Numbered from the stretch's first letter, positions 33,483 to 46,003 are shown. The stretch is DNA of 64,000 nt from the human T2T-CHM13v2.0 reference genome, Homo sapiens (GCF_009914755.1 NC_060933.1); one strand, 5' to 3'. Notes: generated by a model not told the origin, from the sequence alone. Numbers and translations are program-made.

Positions 33483-35474
33483 AAAATTTCACAGACCAAT
33501 TTACAAAAACTGCTTGAAAAAAAGAAGTATGATTTTGTATACTTGTGTCAGGCCTTCCCCAGACTTAGTTCAGGTGCATGCTTGGAGAAAATTTAGAAAC
33601 CACAGCATAGATAAGAGTTATAAATCATTTAAGTAAAGTCAAAGGATGTTAAACAACCCTGGGAACTCATCAATCCTAATTTAATAGGAGTGAGAGATGT
33701 TATACATTTCAAATTCTGACTTTCTGGTTTTTGAGGGTAATGCCGTGTTGACCAATTGTTCATGCCCAACACTTTTCTTCTTCCTTTTTCATCTATGAAT
33801 AGCAGTCTCATTGATGTTGGGAGATGTTCATGGATGTTGAAGGCATTTCACTTTGTTGTCTAAAGAAGGCTTTGTCCTAAAGGCATGAGATTATTCTTTC
33901 ACGTGAGGTGGAAAGGAAAATAAGAAAGCCTCCTTCTGTCCTTGGGTTCACATTGTAGGAACTCTTTCTTGCAGCAATAAAAGCCTTTGGAAGAGACCTT
34001 TCATTATAAGGGTTTCATGTTAAGTACTGCGCATGGGGAGAGAAGCTAAATTCCAATTTACTCAGCTGTATTTCCCAAGATTTGTTCCCTTGCAGCATAG
34101 GGGCTCTGTGCGAGCTCCATCAGGCCACTGCAGACCAAGCCAGAGGATTTGAATATTAATGCCTTTCAGGTTTCCTTTTAGAGGAAGCCCTCTTAGTCAC
34201 AATAGTGAGACTCTGCCTGCAAGTCTATGACTGAATGCAAGAATAAAGAGTTCAGAGTATATCAGTAAAAGGAAGAATCAGGAAAATGAACACAAATCAT
34301 GCCCAACCATCCAACATGTCTCACCTTCTATCAGGGTATAGAGAATGCTGTTTCTAGGGAGAGATGCTCCTTGCTTAATGAAGGCTTGTCATTTAGAAGC
34401 CAAAATAAAATCAGTTTCCCATGTAGTCAGATACATTCTTGATGAGATTCCGAGTCTCACAAAAGAATTTGCAGATTCTTTCCACTCACATCAAGCATCT
34501 AAATGTTGATCTGGGGAAACAAAGACATGAAAAAAGGAAAATGAATTTGTTGTCAAATTGAAATACCACATTTTTGTATTGCTGGCTGATGTGTCTGTAA
34601 TTCTCATCTGCCATTCCTTCATCATATGTAAGTGTGTGTGTGTAATTTTTCCCTCCAAACCTGCAAAACATTGCAAAACTAGATTTAAATATTTCAGGCG
34701 GACTGCACCCAGCATTTGCATTCCTCTGACTCATTCAGAGAAAAGACATCTGAGCAGAAATACAGCAGATAAAAGAGAAACCATTAATCCAAGGAAGATT
34801 ACTGGCACAGAATCTTTATCTTGTATCCTTCCTGAAATGAGACAAAGATCTCACTATGTACATCCCTCTGGCTTAGCTTCAGATAGAAAGCAATATAGAA
34901 GTATAGACATGGTCCTTTTTAAAGGCACACTGCTGTATTTGTCTGAATTCTGAAGCATCATCTTTCTGTTAGATTCTTGCTTTCTTGAGTGTCTTGCCTT
35001 CTTTCTCAGCATCTTCTGCCCTGGCTTTCATTCCTTATAGTGTAGCTTTCTGACTGGGATCCCTGCCTTCCCCAGGATGTTAGAGTTGACTTTTAAAAGA
35101 CTATTACATAACATCCAGGGTAGTACTAAGTGCTTGAGCCATGAGGCACTACAGCCAGAGCCTTAGCTTAATTCATTTACTGTAGGAATCTAGGTATAAC
35201 TTTATTTTCTTTATCTGTTAAATGGACAAATACCTGATCCTTATAGCATACTTCAGGCACAGAAATGTTGGGTTCATTTGAAAAAGCTTTGGGAGTCGAA
35301 GTGATGTAAAAATGCAAGCTATAATATTTTAAGTATAATATTAAAAACAAGTTGAATACCAAATTAAATAACTTTTAAGAATATTAGCCCAATTTACTAA
35401 GAGCATTGAAATCAGTCTTTCTTAGGAAAGGATTCTACTGTCTTCTTAGTTAAAGCCAAATACAGTAGTCATTG

Positions 35475-35715
35475 CCATTGCCATTTTGAGCATCTACTGC
35501 GCTGTGTTGGGCATTATTCAGGAATTACCTTATTTAATTCCTGCAACAACCCTGAAAAATAAATGTTATCTATTAACATTTCTATTTTGCAGATTAAGAA
35601 ATGGAAGTTTCGAGAGGGTAAGAAATTTGTCCGAATGTTCATAGCTAATGGGTGTCCGGATTTGAACTAAGGTCATCTAGGCTTTAAATTATTTCCAATA
35701 TTTTATTCTGCTACT
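35475..35715 (-). mobile_element. MIR
   Basis: ttatttaattcctgcaacaaccctga...attttgcagattaagaaatgga. Confidence 0.75.
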
Positions 35716-36185
35716 GCAGTTTATAAAAGTCCAATCAGGTTAATACTCAACTTTGATGTTTCTTCGTTTACATATTTCCACTCCAGATGGATGAGAATAT
35801 GTGCAGTTACAAATGTATTACACACAAGGTGGTTTAATAAGCAGTTTCCAAGTTTAACAGCCCTCACTGTCATTTCCTGATGAATCGCCCCAGTCCATAG
35901 ATCAAGCCTAATGCCTCTCAGTCTTACTGACAAACAGGAGCACTGGCCCTCACTCTACATACAAAGTGATGTCCTTATCCTGAGTGTCCCATGATGAAGG
36001 GAATGTCAGGTCTGAATCTCTCATAGAGAAGTGACACTAGTCTGAGATGTCTGTGGGCACTGCAGTTGTCTCCATCTTCATCAATCAGAAAGGTGTTATC
36101 AAACAAGATGTGTTAAAACCTTCAGATACTCCATGACTTCTACAGTGGAAGGGATGATTATGATACTGATGATGAAGATAGAGAA

Positions 36186-36399
36186 GGGGTTAGCAAAGTG
36201 AGGAGCTAGAGAATAAATATTTCAACCTTTGCAGGCCACATGGTCTCTATCATTAACTACTGAACTTTGTCATTGTATTGTAAAGGCAGCTATAGACAAT
36301 ACATAAATGAATAAGTATGGCTGTGTTCCAATAAAGCCTTATTTACAAACAGAGGCAGAGTGCTAGATTTGGACTGCAGGTATAATTTGTTGACTTCTG
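36186..36399 (-). mobile_element. MER58A hAT MITE
   Basis: tttgcaggccacatggtctct...gcagctatagacaatacataaatgaat...ggctgtgttccaataaa...tttgttgacttctg. Confidence 0.85.
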
Positions 36400-37969
36400 A
36401 CTTAAAGGAATTTGGGTCAATTATTTTGTGCAGGAATGATAGGAGTTATTCATCCCATTTTTATTTTAGTGGACCTCCTCAACCTAAGGTAAAGAGAGAA
36501 TGAACAGTATACAGTATTCCCCTCTAGTCATTGTTCCTAAGATTACTAAAAAATATAAGTCAGGATGATGATGATGACGACAATAATGATGATGATTACA
36601 AAATAATGATGCTATTCACAACCATCTGAAATTGATGTAAGCAATTCTTTCTATCTCAAGCCATAATTGGAAGCCGTACTCTTCTCTGACCCCTATTCCT
36701 GCTGAGCTGCCAATGGTCATTGGCCATTTTAAAAATAATTTATCTCCATGTTACAATCATAGCAAAACCTACTGTATCCAATTAAATCTCCACTTACGGC
36801 AGCCCAGGGAGTGTGATCACTTTCTGGAGATAGATCCATATCCCTGTGACCTTATCTTCCTATACTTTGCATTTAGCTATGAAATTAAATTGCAGGAAAC
36901 GATACAGTTTTGAATCATTCCATTCAAAAGGCAGAAGCCAAAAGTTCTCCTAAGAGTGACAAACACATGGACTGCTTTTTAGATGGGAAACATCAGTACT
37001 TTAAGTGGGCTCTGTAAACTGGGACAGAGGTTCAAACATCTCCAAGCCTGGTGGGGTTTGTGCTTTCAGATTTGCTCCAGCTAGATTTTATTTCCAACAA
37101 AGGCTCTTATTCAGATAAAGGGAGTTTGCCTTTCTTGTTTCCTAGGAGACTTTTTTTTTTAATAGTTCCCTGGAAAAGATTCTTCTTGAGGCATTCTCAA
37201 TCTAACTTCCTCTTCTGGTTAAGAAACTGAAGAACGTTAAAACTTGAGGTTATGGAGAGTTATGCCAACTGGGACTAAACTGTGATTATTTTGTTGATTT
37301 AAACTGACAGAAAGGTGAAGTCAGAATAAAATCTTGTTTCTCCTGTAATTTAGAGGCTAGGAACCATGATGGCTTTTTCCCCCCTAATAATGTTCAAATT
37401 ATCCATTCAGAGTGATTTGATTTCAGTTTGAAGCTGGAGATCGCAGTAATAATCTTTCGCAGTATGAAGCACTTATTTACGAAGTAGTCTTTGCCATTTT
37501 TAATTGCACTTTCCCCTCATGCCCTTATTAATTATCTCTCTAGTTCCTCTTAGGTCTTGTCACGATGCCAAGTATTGAAATAGAAAAGGTTTATTTATTT
37601 CCAAAGACATGCAGAACAGGACAGGTTTTACATCTTGCTGTTTTGACTCTTAAAAGGTCATACTTGCAGTGGGCAAAAAGGTGCTCCGTGTAAATTGGGA
37701 CCCCCCTGGATTTTCTGCTGGTAATGCACCCTTGGGACTGTTGCTTGCCTGGGGCATCCTTGGAATCCTGAAAAAGTGTTGTGTTTTGTGAATCTAGTGA
37801 AGCTGGAGTTCCCAAATAAAATGTTTTTTTTTTGCTCAATAATGGTCAGCAACTCCCATATGCTCCTGGGATTAGATATTATTTCCTCTCATATGACCAC
37901 AGCTTTGTTTTCTTCTACTTTGCTCTGCTTAGTCAAACAAGTCTCTTCAGTGTGCCCAAACTCTTCTTA

Positions 37970-38265
37970 ACACTTTACTGCCTCTGTGTTCATGTCATTT
38001 CCGCCATTTGGAATGTCTTTGTTCATGCCTTTCTTTTAGTCTGTTGAAATCTTACATATAATCCTTCAAATCTCATCAAATTTTCAATTTTTCATAGAGC
38101 ACTTTATCAACCCTTCTTTGCCTCTGCGAGGTACTCGGATTATACTTCTTTTGTCCTGCCTGATATTATAACCATTAGTAATCTTCTCTTAACTGTCCCA
38201 GCTTGATTGTAAACTCTCAGGACAAGAAGGTATTGACTTATTTTATATTCCCCCGGAATCTTGAA
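37970..38265 (+). mobile_element. L2 3' fragment
   Basis: tccttcaaatctcatcaaat...gattgtaaactctcaggacaaga. Confidence 0.55.
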
Positions 38266-38292
38266 TGTGTGTGTGTGTGTGTGTGTGTGTGT
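38266..38292. repeat. (TG)n microsatellite
   Basis: TG run. Confidence 0.95.
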
Positions 38293-38973
38293 AGTGGGTT
38301 TCCTACTCAGGTTTGATGAACTCAACTACAACAAAATATTCTAGTTCAATTCTTGGGGATCTATTCTAGAGAAGGTTGGTAATAAAAGAGCTCCTTTGAA
38401 AGGACAGATCTGATTGTCCTACCTGGGCTTTGAACACTCCAGAGAATTAGGTGAGGTCTAAAACAAACTGGATCCTAAAACTTATTGGAAGCAGCAACAC
38501 CATGGTTAGATCCTATTCCTCAGCTCAAGGTGGCAGGGACATGAGAAAATGAGATAATTATTGACAGTAAAACAAAAGAATCTCTGTGGCTGAGAGACAG
38601 TATGAGCTGAATATATATGAAGAGCGTACTTTTCTATCTGTAAATTATAGAAGGAACATTGGAGTTATATCTGTATCTTCTTGAGTTTGACTACAACCTT
38701 CTTGTACAAAAATATTATTTGTTATGAGGGTTAGAGATGAGTGTTACTCAGAGAGGCAGCTTTTATGTTTTGCTCTTTAAGAGTCTTTCCAATTCTCAAA
38801 CTTACCCTTCTCTAACTTTTAGGGCAGTTGAATGTCTTCTAACTGAATGATCTCAGCAGGACATCCTGAGCTTCTAAGGAGGTTAGCATTCCAGCAAACA
38901 TTTGGCTTAGAGAATTCCTAAAAAAATAGTACTCTGAAGGCAGTTAAAATTTAAGGAGCCAATAGAAGCTGTA

Positions 38974-39004
<31 letters not shown>

Positions 39005-39022
39005 GTGCGTATGTGTGTGTGT
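38974..39022. repeat. Interrupted (TG)n microsatellite
   Basis: TG run with CG/TA interruptions. Confidence 0.95.
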
Positions 39023-39544
39023 TTCAGCCTCTGGAATGTGAGAGCTAGTATTCTCTCTAGTAATTTGTTTTTCTCTCTCACACTGATTACATACTCAGAT
39101 TTGAAATGTAATAGAGTGCATATTATGTTATTCTCAGAATATTTGAAAGGAAACCAAACATTCCTTCCTTCAGGAGTCAGTTTTCCTAGTTGTGGTGTAG
39201 AAAAAAGTGACCTCTCAGAGAAGCCGATGAAATGACAGATTACTTTTTTTAAAATGGACTTAAATTTTCTGCAATATTCTAAATCTGAATCATCTGCTGA
39301 GTAGCTTTCCTTTTTGTGTATATATTTTAAAGTGCCAGTCATGGTTGAATGTTAATAACCAATCTGGCCATTGATCTTCAAAGATACAGAATGTCTTTCT
39401 AAATGTGCTGATTGTTGTGTTTAATATAATTTTAGTTTTGTTCTTGGTGAAGAGAGGAAGGAGAGGTCAGTCATATATTTGTGGGATTTGTATGTTTGTT
39501 CTTGACATTTGAACATTTTTGAATCTTTCCTTATCCATTTAATC

Positions 39545-39640
39545 TTTTATCCATCAAATATTTAATCTGCGCCTATACTATGTGCCAGGCTCCGTGCTAG
39601 GAGCTGGGAAGTGTCTGTGAAGCAAAAGCAAAGTCCTCAT
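39545..39640 (-). mobile_element. L2 3' end
   Basis: caaatattt...tactatgtgccaggctccgtgctaggagctggg. Confidence 0.7.
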
Positions 39641-40450
39641 AAGAGACAAATAAAGAACAATTTCCAAGGGGGAAAAAAAGCTTCAGACAGTCCTCCGATA
39701 ACTGCCCCTTCAGAGCCACTCTTGTCTGCTACTGGCCCCATACAAACCCTCTTCCCTCCTTTTATAACCCCACAGCCCCGGAGACCTTTGTGTGCCTTAG
39801 AGGTCAGCTCACAGATGTGGCCCTGGGACGCACTCCTCTTTATCTATATTGTACTTACAAGAGATGGAGGCTCATGGGTCTTTTCTAATTTTTTCCTTTT
39901 TCTTTTTTTGATTAGCATCTGCACAAATGGCCTCAGTTCATTGCTTTAAACTAACTAATCCGGCTTGTTAAGACAGAGCTTGTCATCCACAAGTTGTTAT
40001 TAGCAGGCTTCTAAAGGAAGAGGGTCCCAGTCAAAGCAGGGCGGGCTTTGGAGAAAGGTTATATAATATAATATGTTCTTCAGGCGCCGTATGAGAGGGA
40101 GACAATGCTGCCTCCCAGGGCCTGTTCTCAAGAGCTACTTTACAGGCTTACATAGTCCTGCCTATTCTACCTCATGAAAAGGGAGATCCAATCATTGCTT
40201 TCTGGAAACTATTCTCCTCATCTCTTTGGCTGTCATATGTATTTAACAGTAGTGCCCTCAAGGACAATGGGTGGGGGGTGGTAAGCATGCTAGGGGCTCC
40301 GGCCTACAGCCTGTAGTTTTTCATTTCACGTTGCTGGGTTTTCTAAGAATGGTCTTCTTTGTTTCCATTTTGAGTCATGGCTGAATTCTTATATGTTGTC
40401 TGATCTTCAAGCTCAAATACCCAAGGGACCAGGCAGCTGTGAATCAACCC

Positions 40451-40455
40451 TGTGC

Positions 40456-40493
<38 letters not shown>
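40451..40493. repeat. (TG)n microsatellite preceded by TGCG units
   Basis: tgtgcgtgcg(tg)n. Confidence 0.95.
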
Positions 40494-40498
<5 letters not shown>

Positions 40499-40914
40499 AG
40501 GAGGTACTATAGCAAAGAAGACAGTATACTTTTCCTTATTTCTTTAAATCGATAGGGATTTGGAGGAAAAGACTTTAATAAAATAGAATTGTGACTGATT
40601 ATTTTCCCCTTTCCGAGCACTTCTGTGAAATCAGAAGGTTATGAATAGCATGAGGAAAAAAAAATAATAAAAAACCCTTTTCTAAGGCAGTCCTGTGGGT
40701 TTAAGCCCAAACCTTAGATTTATAATAAAAGCTCAGTGTCTATATGCTAACCTCCACCTTATGAGATGGATCTCTTTTCTGATGGCAGAGTATAAAGAAA
40801 TCTTCCACATGCTTTCACTTATTGGGAAGGTACACAGTTGCTTATCTGTTGTTTTTCTTCCACATAGTCTACATTGTGATTTGGAAATTTGACATCATGT
40901 ATTTTTTTCCCCAG

Positions 40915-41013
40915 GCCAGATGTTTTATCCTGCTATGTTAAGTCATCTTGACATGTTGCCATGAAATGGAAACAACTGCTCGTTTTAATATTGCTCCATA
41001 TCTTTATTACAAG
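40915..41013 (+). other. Candidate 99-nt non-coding exon
   Basis: Branch-like ttgac (40889-40893), acceptor atttttttccccag|g, donor aag|gtacgt; stop codons in all three frames. Confidence 0.35.
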
Positions 41014-41099
41014 GTACGTCTCATGCATCTTAATTCCTCGTATTTTCCCTCACTGTCGTTCTCTGATCTTCTTCATCCCAACCCCCCTTTACTCCTGAA

Positions 41100-41520
41100 G
41101 AAGGCATATTGTAATTGCATGACAGTCGTGTCCCGGTAGCTAAAGAGGTTCTAGATAGCATAATGAATATGCAGCGTATTATCTCCCAGGATGTGTGCCT
41201 GTGTCTTTAATCACAGCTGGAATGCAAAATCGAGCTCCACCTTTCAACTCTATCTCCATCATGCTGAGAGAGTGAGAGAGAGCGAGACGGAGACTGCTAG
41301 ACAGCTCGAAAGAGATTGCAGCTCAGATGTCCTGAAAAACAGCAAATCCCTCAGACCTGGCAGATTCCGTTACCATGAGAACTGCAGATATTTCCATTGT
41401 GATGGTTCGCTCCAACAGCCATCTGTTACACCCATTTGATTAGGAAGTACAGTTCAGCTTGCATGGGATTTTCATCACACCTTATCCCAGGGCAGTATAT
41501 AGAGGCGCTTGCTTTTTTAT
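41100..41520. promoter_or_regulatory. Candidate enhancer (CpG-retaining; POU, RFX and bHLH motifs)
   Basis: About 10 CpGs in about 400 bp of non-repeat DNA; atgaatatgca (41163), gttaccatgagaac (41369), gccatctgtt (41418). Confidence 0.4.
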
Positions 41521-42621
41521 ATGCTAAACTCCAAGGGTTCAAAGTACTGTAATTTACCAAGGTGGAGGGCATTTAATGAAATGTATGAGAAGGTCACTAA
41601 AGACCGAAGTGCCGAGAAGAAATACACACAGGAGATGTAAGAGAGGATTAGACTCCACAGCTGAAATGCAACCAACTCTGAAAATTAACCAAGTTTAGCC
41701 AACCCTTCCCTTGGTAGAGAAAAGTAAAATGAAGACCTGGGATCTGAGATCTTGCATCCTGAAGGGTGGAAGATGTATTTGTGCAGTCATGGCATGAGTA
41801 TTACTGGAGCAGTAATTCTTTCTCAGGACTCAAGGACAGTCAAAAGAAAGGGAGAGAGAGGTAGTGCCTCAGACACATCTCATCAGTGGAGATGAATCCA
41901 CTGTATAAAGATTACATTAGCTCTAAAAATTTTATGATGCCATCTAACTTTTCTGTAGACACAAAACGACCTTAAAAGTTCCTTGAAGCAGTGCTGTAAT
42001 TCACAGATTTAAACCAGTTATTTGGACTAGTTGCCCCTCTGTGTATTTTTGTGGGGGAGGAAATGCTGATGGTACATCATATAGACATAAAAATAGGAAT
42101 TTCCTTCAATTAAGATTCTCCGAATACCCTTCCCTGGTGGTAGGCATTCTAAGTCCAGGCTTCCAAGAGGGCCAGCATGGTCTAGGAGGAGCTACCTAGA
42201 GTGTCTTAAATTGACTGGAGCTCCTGTAAACCTGGGAAGCTAATTAAATGCTTACACACCAACATGATTTTGTGATTGCTGCACAGGGGCCCTTGATGTG
42301 GCCTCCCTTTGTTTTCCAGCCTACTTTTTCTAGGATGGACTCTGATAGTATATAACTCAGGTTGCGTGAAAGCAGCCAAATTTTCCAAAGTTGCTAAGTT
42401 TGCAAGTCTCATTATATCACATTTTGTCTGTTGGTTTGTTTTCTGGGTGACTGTTTCTGAACAAGGGAAATGCTCTCCCTATCTGATTGCACTGAGGGCT
42501 GAAGAACTTTTCATCTACTCTCCTTCCTGGCCTGGTGTCAGGTTGCCATCCAGGTAGGCTGGGATGTCAGAAGAAACCAGAAAACTCATTCCCTGCTTTA
42601 ATGCCAAAGATGTATTTGTGG

Positions 42622-43079
42622 TGTGAAAGAAAAAATTCTTCATGGCACTTGTTCAAGATGGTAAGGCAGACATTATTCAAGTGGGGCTATGGTGATGGGC
42701 ATAGGGCCCACTGGAACAGGGTCTTGCAGTAGGGGAGAGAGACTGAGCTGGACTCCGACTCCGACAAAGACAAGTGGGGATTTATAACCGAGGAGCAGGG
42801 TGGGGGCCGGTAGATGGAAAATTGCTAAAAGGAAAACAGGGGGGATTAGGGGGATTCTTGCTAGACTGACTCAGTAGAATTCTTGTTGAAGGCAGACCAG
42901 GGTGATAAGATGTAGAGGGTGGTCAGAAACAAAGGGTGGGGATTTTCAGTGACTGACTTAGCAGGATTCCTTCTCAAACTGGATTCCAAAGGAGAGAGAG
43001 GGAAGTCCAATGTTGTCCTAGTCAGAAAGGATTCAGAGGAGCCTGACCCAAGTTTGGTCACAAAAGAGAGTCTTTGTCA
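42622..43079 (-). mobile_element. ERV1 solo LTR (MER31/MER67 family)
   Basis: Minus strand begins tgacaaagactctc...gaccaaacttgggtcaggctcctctgaatcc; TG...CA termini; 4-bp TSD-like gtgg / ctgg. Confidence 0.82.
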
Positions 43080-45519
43080 CTGGCCAGATAAAATCAGTAA
43101 CGAGGACCATGGAGATTAAAAATCAGAACAAGATGTTGTTCCTTTTTTTTTGCTGAAACATAGTGGATTCTTCTACTCTGCAGTGGAAAGACTCAGACTT
43201 CACAGATGAGGACCTGTGTTTTCCTTGAATGAGGAACCAACTAGTTTAGCCAGCAACTGAAGGTATAAATGAGTCTCCGTCCCTCCTTTGCAAGTCGAAA
43301 GTTAGGAGGCTCTGCTCCTCCATCCTAGCAGCAAATGCCTGGCACTGCAGATCCTCCAGTGGTGTTGACTTTCTGTCAGTCGTACACCCTGGAGATTGCC
43401 CTTTCTCGAAGGTTTTGAGGCAGGGCTCTGGTTTTATGAACACAGCGTCTGTCTTTGAAAGGCAGCAGATGCAATGAGGGCCTGAATTGAAACAATAAAT
43501 ACTATTCAGGTTTCCTGCTCGGAACTTCTTATATAGTGGTTCCTTTGTTAGAGCAAACATGGACTAAAATGCCTTCTCCCTTCCTCCCCGCTCCCTCCAG
43601 CTCCTCTCCACAGCTAGGATCTCAGCCACCTTTGGAAAGCAAAGGTTAAGTACCTGAGGCAGAAAGAGTTGAAACACAAAGGAGAGGAAATCCAAAGTAT
43701 CCCTTACTTGCCAGAAAGAGTGTGAGTAGGGCAGAGAGCTTTTGGGGAGGGGGATGAATTTTAGTTGAAGCTGGAAGAGAAACAGACCTTGGAGGGGAGT
43801 GCTAGCTAGAAATATTCTCCTCCGAGCTGGGATGTTAACAGTGGCACCTTCTGACTTAATGTGGCATCTTTCTTCATCGTTATCAATCTCATGAGAGCTT
43901 TCCTGCCATCTGCACTATTCCTGCTTCAGGCTCCCATATGAAAGTCCAATCTGGCAGCATAAATACTGGCTAATGAAGAGTAGATGTCTGACTGCCTGGG
44001 AGAGAAGCGATCCTGTGTCATTGATGGAGCAGAATTCATTCATTTAAAACAAAATCTGCATTTACACAGCCATTCAAGAAGAAATTCTCTCCCCTTCTCT
44101 CTCTCTCTTTTTTCCCCTCCCTATACTCTCTCATCCTCCTTTTTTATTTTCTTCCTGTGTCATTCTACATGAATGGAGTTCATGCAAAAGTCAGCATAAA
44201 AATGGTCTTTGCCCAGAATGTTATACCTTGGAGATTAAAAATAGGAATGCGATGTGGACTTGCCGACATGTGGTGGGCTATTTTTTTCCCCTTCAGTGGG
44301 AAAGCTATAACTACATAGATTAGCAAAACTTGTGCAAGAATGGATGTAAAACAGATTTATCTCTGTGTCAGCTTTATCTGATCCATTTGGTCTTGCAGAG
44401 TTTGGATGGCTTCCTTTGTTACAATAACCAGCTTTCAAACATCTATATCCCCAGGGTATTAAATGTCAGCCTCCCATGTACCAGTCAAGGATAGAGGGTT
44501 GGCAGTCTGTGGGCTGGAGGAGTACTCTTTGTGTGCACATGAGAGGAGTTGCTCCTGTACCAAGGCTGGCTCCTGGTATGACCTAGAGGAACTCCTACAA
44601 CCTCCCTGCATCACAGCATCACAGTGGAGGGGTGCTGAAGCTTGCAGCAGCCATTAATATCCTTTTACAAAGAATTCAAAAAGATTTCCTGTCACTGACA
44701 AGGACAGATTTGTTAGAGGTCTCTCAAGGAAATGGACAATAACTAATTAATTGAGCACTCCATGACTTTCTGTACTGTCGTTTTTCATTTATCTGTTCTA
44801 GTTTCTCATCATGCAGGTCTAGCTCTTCTTTTTCTTTCATTCCTTCTTTTATCTACCTCTTTCATTATTTCTGTCACCCTCTCCTTTCCCCTCTTATCTC
44901 ATTTTCTCCCAGATCTCTTCTCTTTCTCTTTTATATAATCTATACGTAAAAAAAAAAAAGATCCCTAGTAGAGTACACATATGTAAAGATTTTATCCTGG
45001 AATATGGGTACATTTTCTCTGAGTCTGATAACTGTCATCTTTTAGGGTTGGAATAGGCCTCAGAAGTTTCCTCTTTGTACTTGATAGATACATAATCTTC
45101 AACATCCTTGACAAGGTATTGCAAAGTTTTTGTTAAAAAAAATCCTACTGTGCCCAAGTGGTGCATTATTATTATTATTACTATTATGACTATCCAGGAA
45201 TGATATACTCTGTGTGCTGTAGAAAATAAGGAACCATGTTGTCTCAATTTACAGAAAAATTATTGAGTGCCTGTCTAATTAAATGGCATTTCATCAGACC
45301 CTGCAAGCAGTTCTGTGGCTCTTGAATGCTAAATGTAGATATTGCCTTATCCTCATAACTGTGCTGCCTGGCTCACTGGGTTGGAGCAGGGTGCCAGTGA
45401 GCTCAAGGTCTCCTGCTCCTTCTGTCACTTCTGCACACGGAGAATTGGAGTTCCTTAGTATGCACTACCTCTGTTCTCATGCCTGTCTATGTGAAGAAAC
45501 ACAGGGCATGGAGTGAGGT

Positions 45520-45740
45520 TGTTGGAGAGAGAGAGTTTTAGATAAAAGCAGACAGACCTGGGATTGAATCCTGGCTCTACCACTTTCTTTGTGTATGTGG
45601 CCTTTAGCAATCAGTGGACCCCCTTCGTGCCTCAATGTTGTCATCAGAAAAGTAGGGATACCAGTATCTTGACTCACAGTAAACTCATGGTGTGAATCAA
45701 ATGAAGTAAGTCTTGAAGTGTTAGAAACTGAGTGCTGACT
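45520..45740 (+). mobile_element. MIR
   Basis: cagacagacctgggattgaatcctggctctaccactt...gcctcaatgttgtcatc. Confidence 0.75.
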
Positions 45741-45741
45741 C

Positions 45742-45854
45742 TAGAGTGACCAACTGTCCTGGTTTCCTGGAGAGTGACAGGCTGCTAGAAACACAAGACT
45801 TTAAGTGCTAAAACCAGGACAGTCCTGGGAAAACTGGGGTGGTCAGTCATCTTA
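45742..45854 (-). mobile_element. MER81 hAT-Blackjack MITE
   Basis: tagagtgaccaactgtcctggttt...gactttaagtgctaaaaccaggacagtcctggg...gtcatctta; about 113 bp with terminal inverted repeats. Confidence 0.8.
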
Positions 45855-46003
45855 CTCAGGGCAACTTATCCCCTTTGGAGGACCCAGACACAGCTTAAAC
45901 AAGTACCCCAAGGGGTGATGGAACTTTCTCTGTGGTTGAAGAAGGTCTTGTTTTCTTCTGTGGACTAGTTGCCTGCTCTATTGCGGATTTATGTATGGAT
46001 TCT

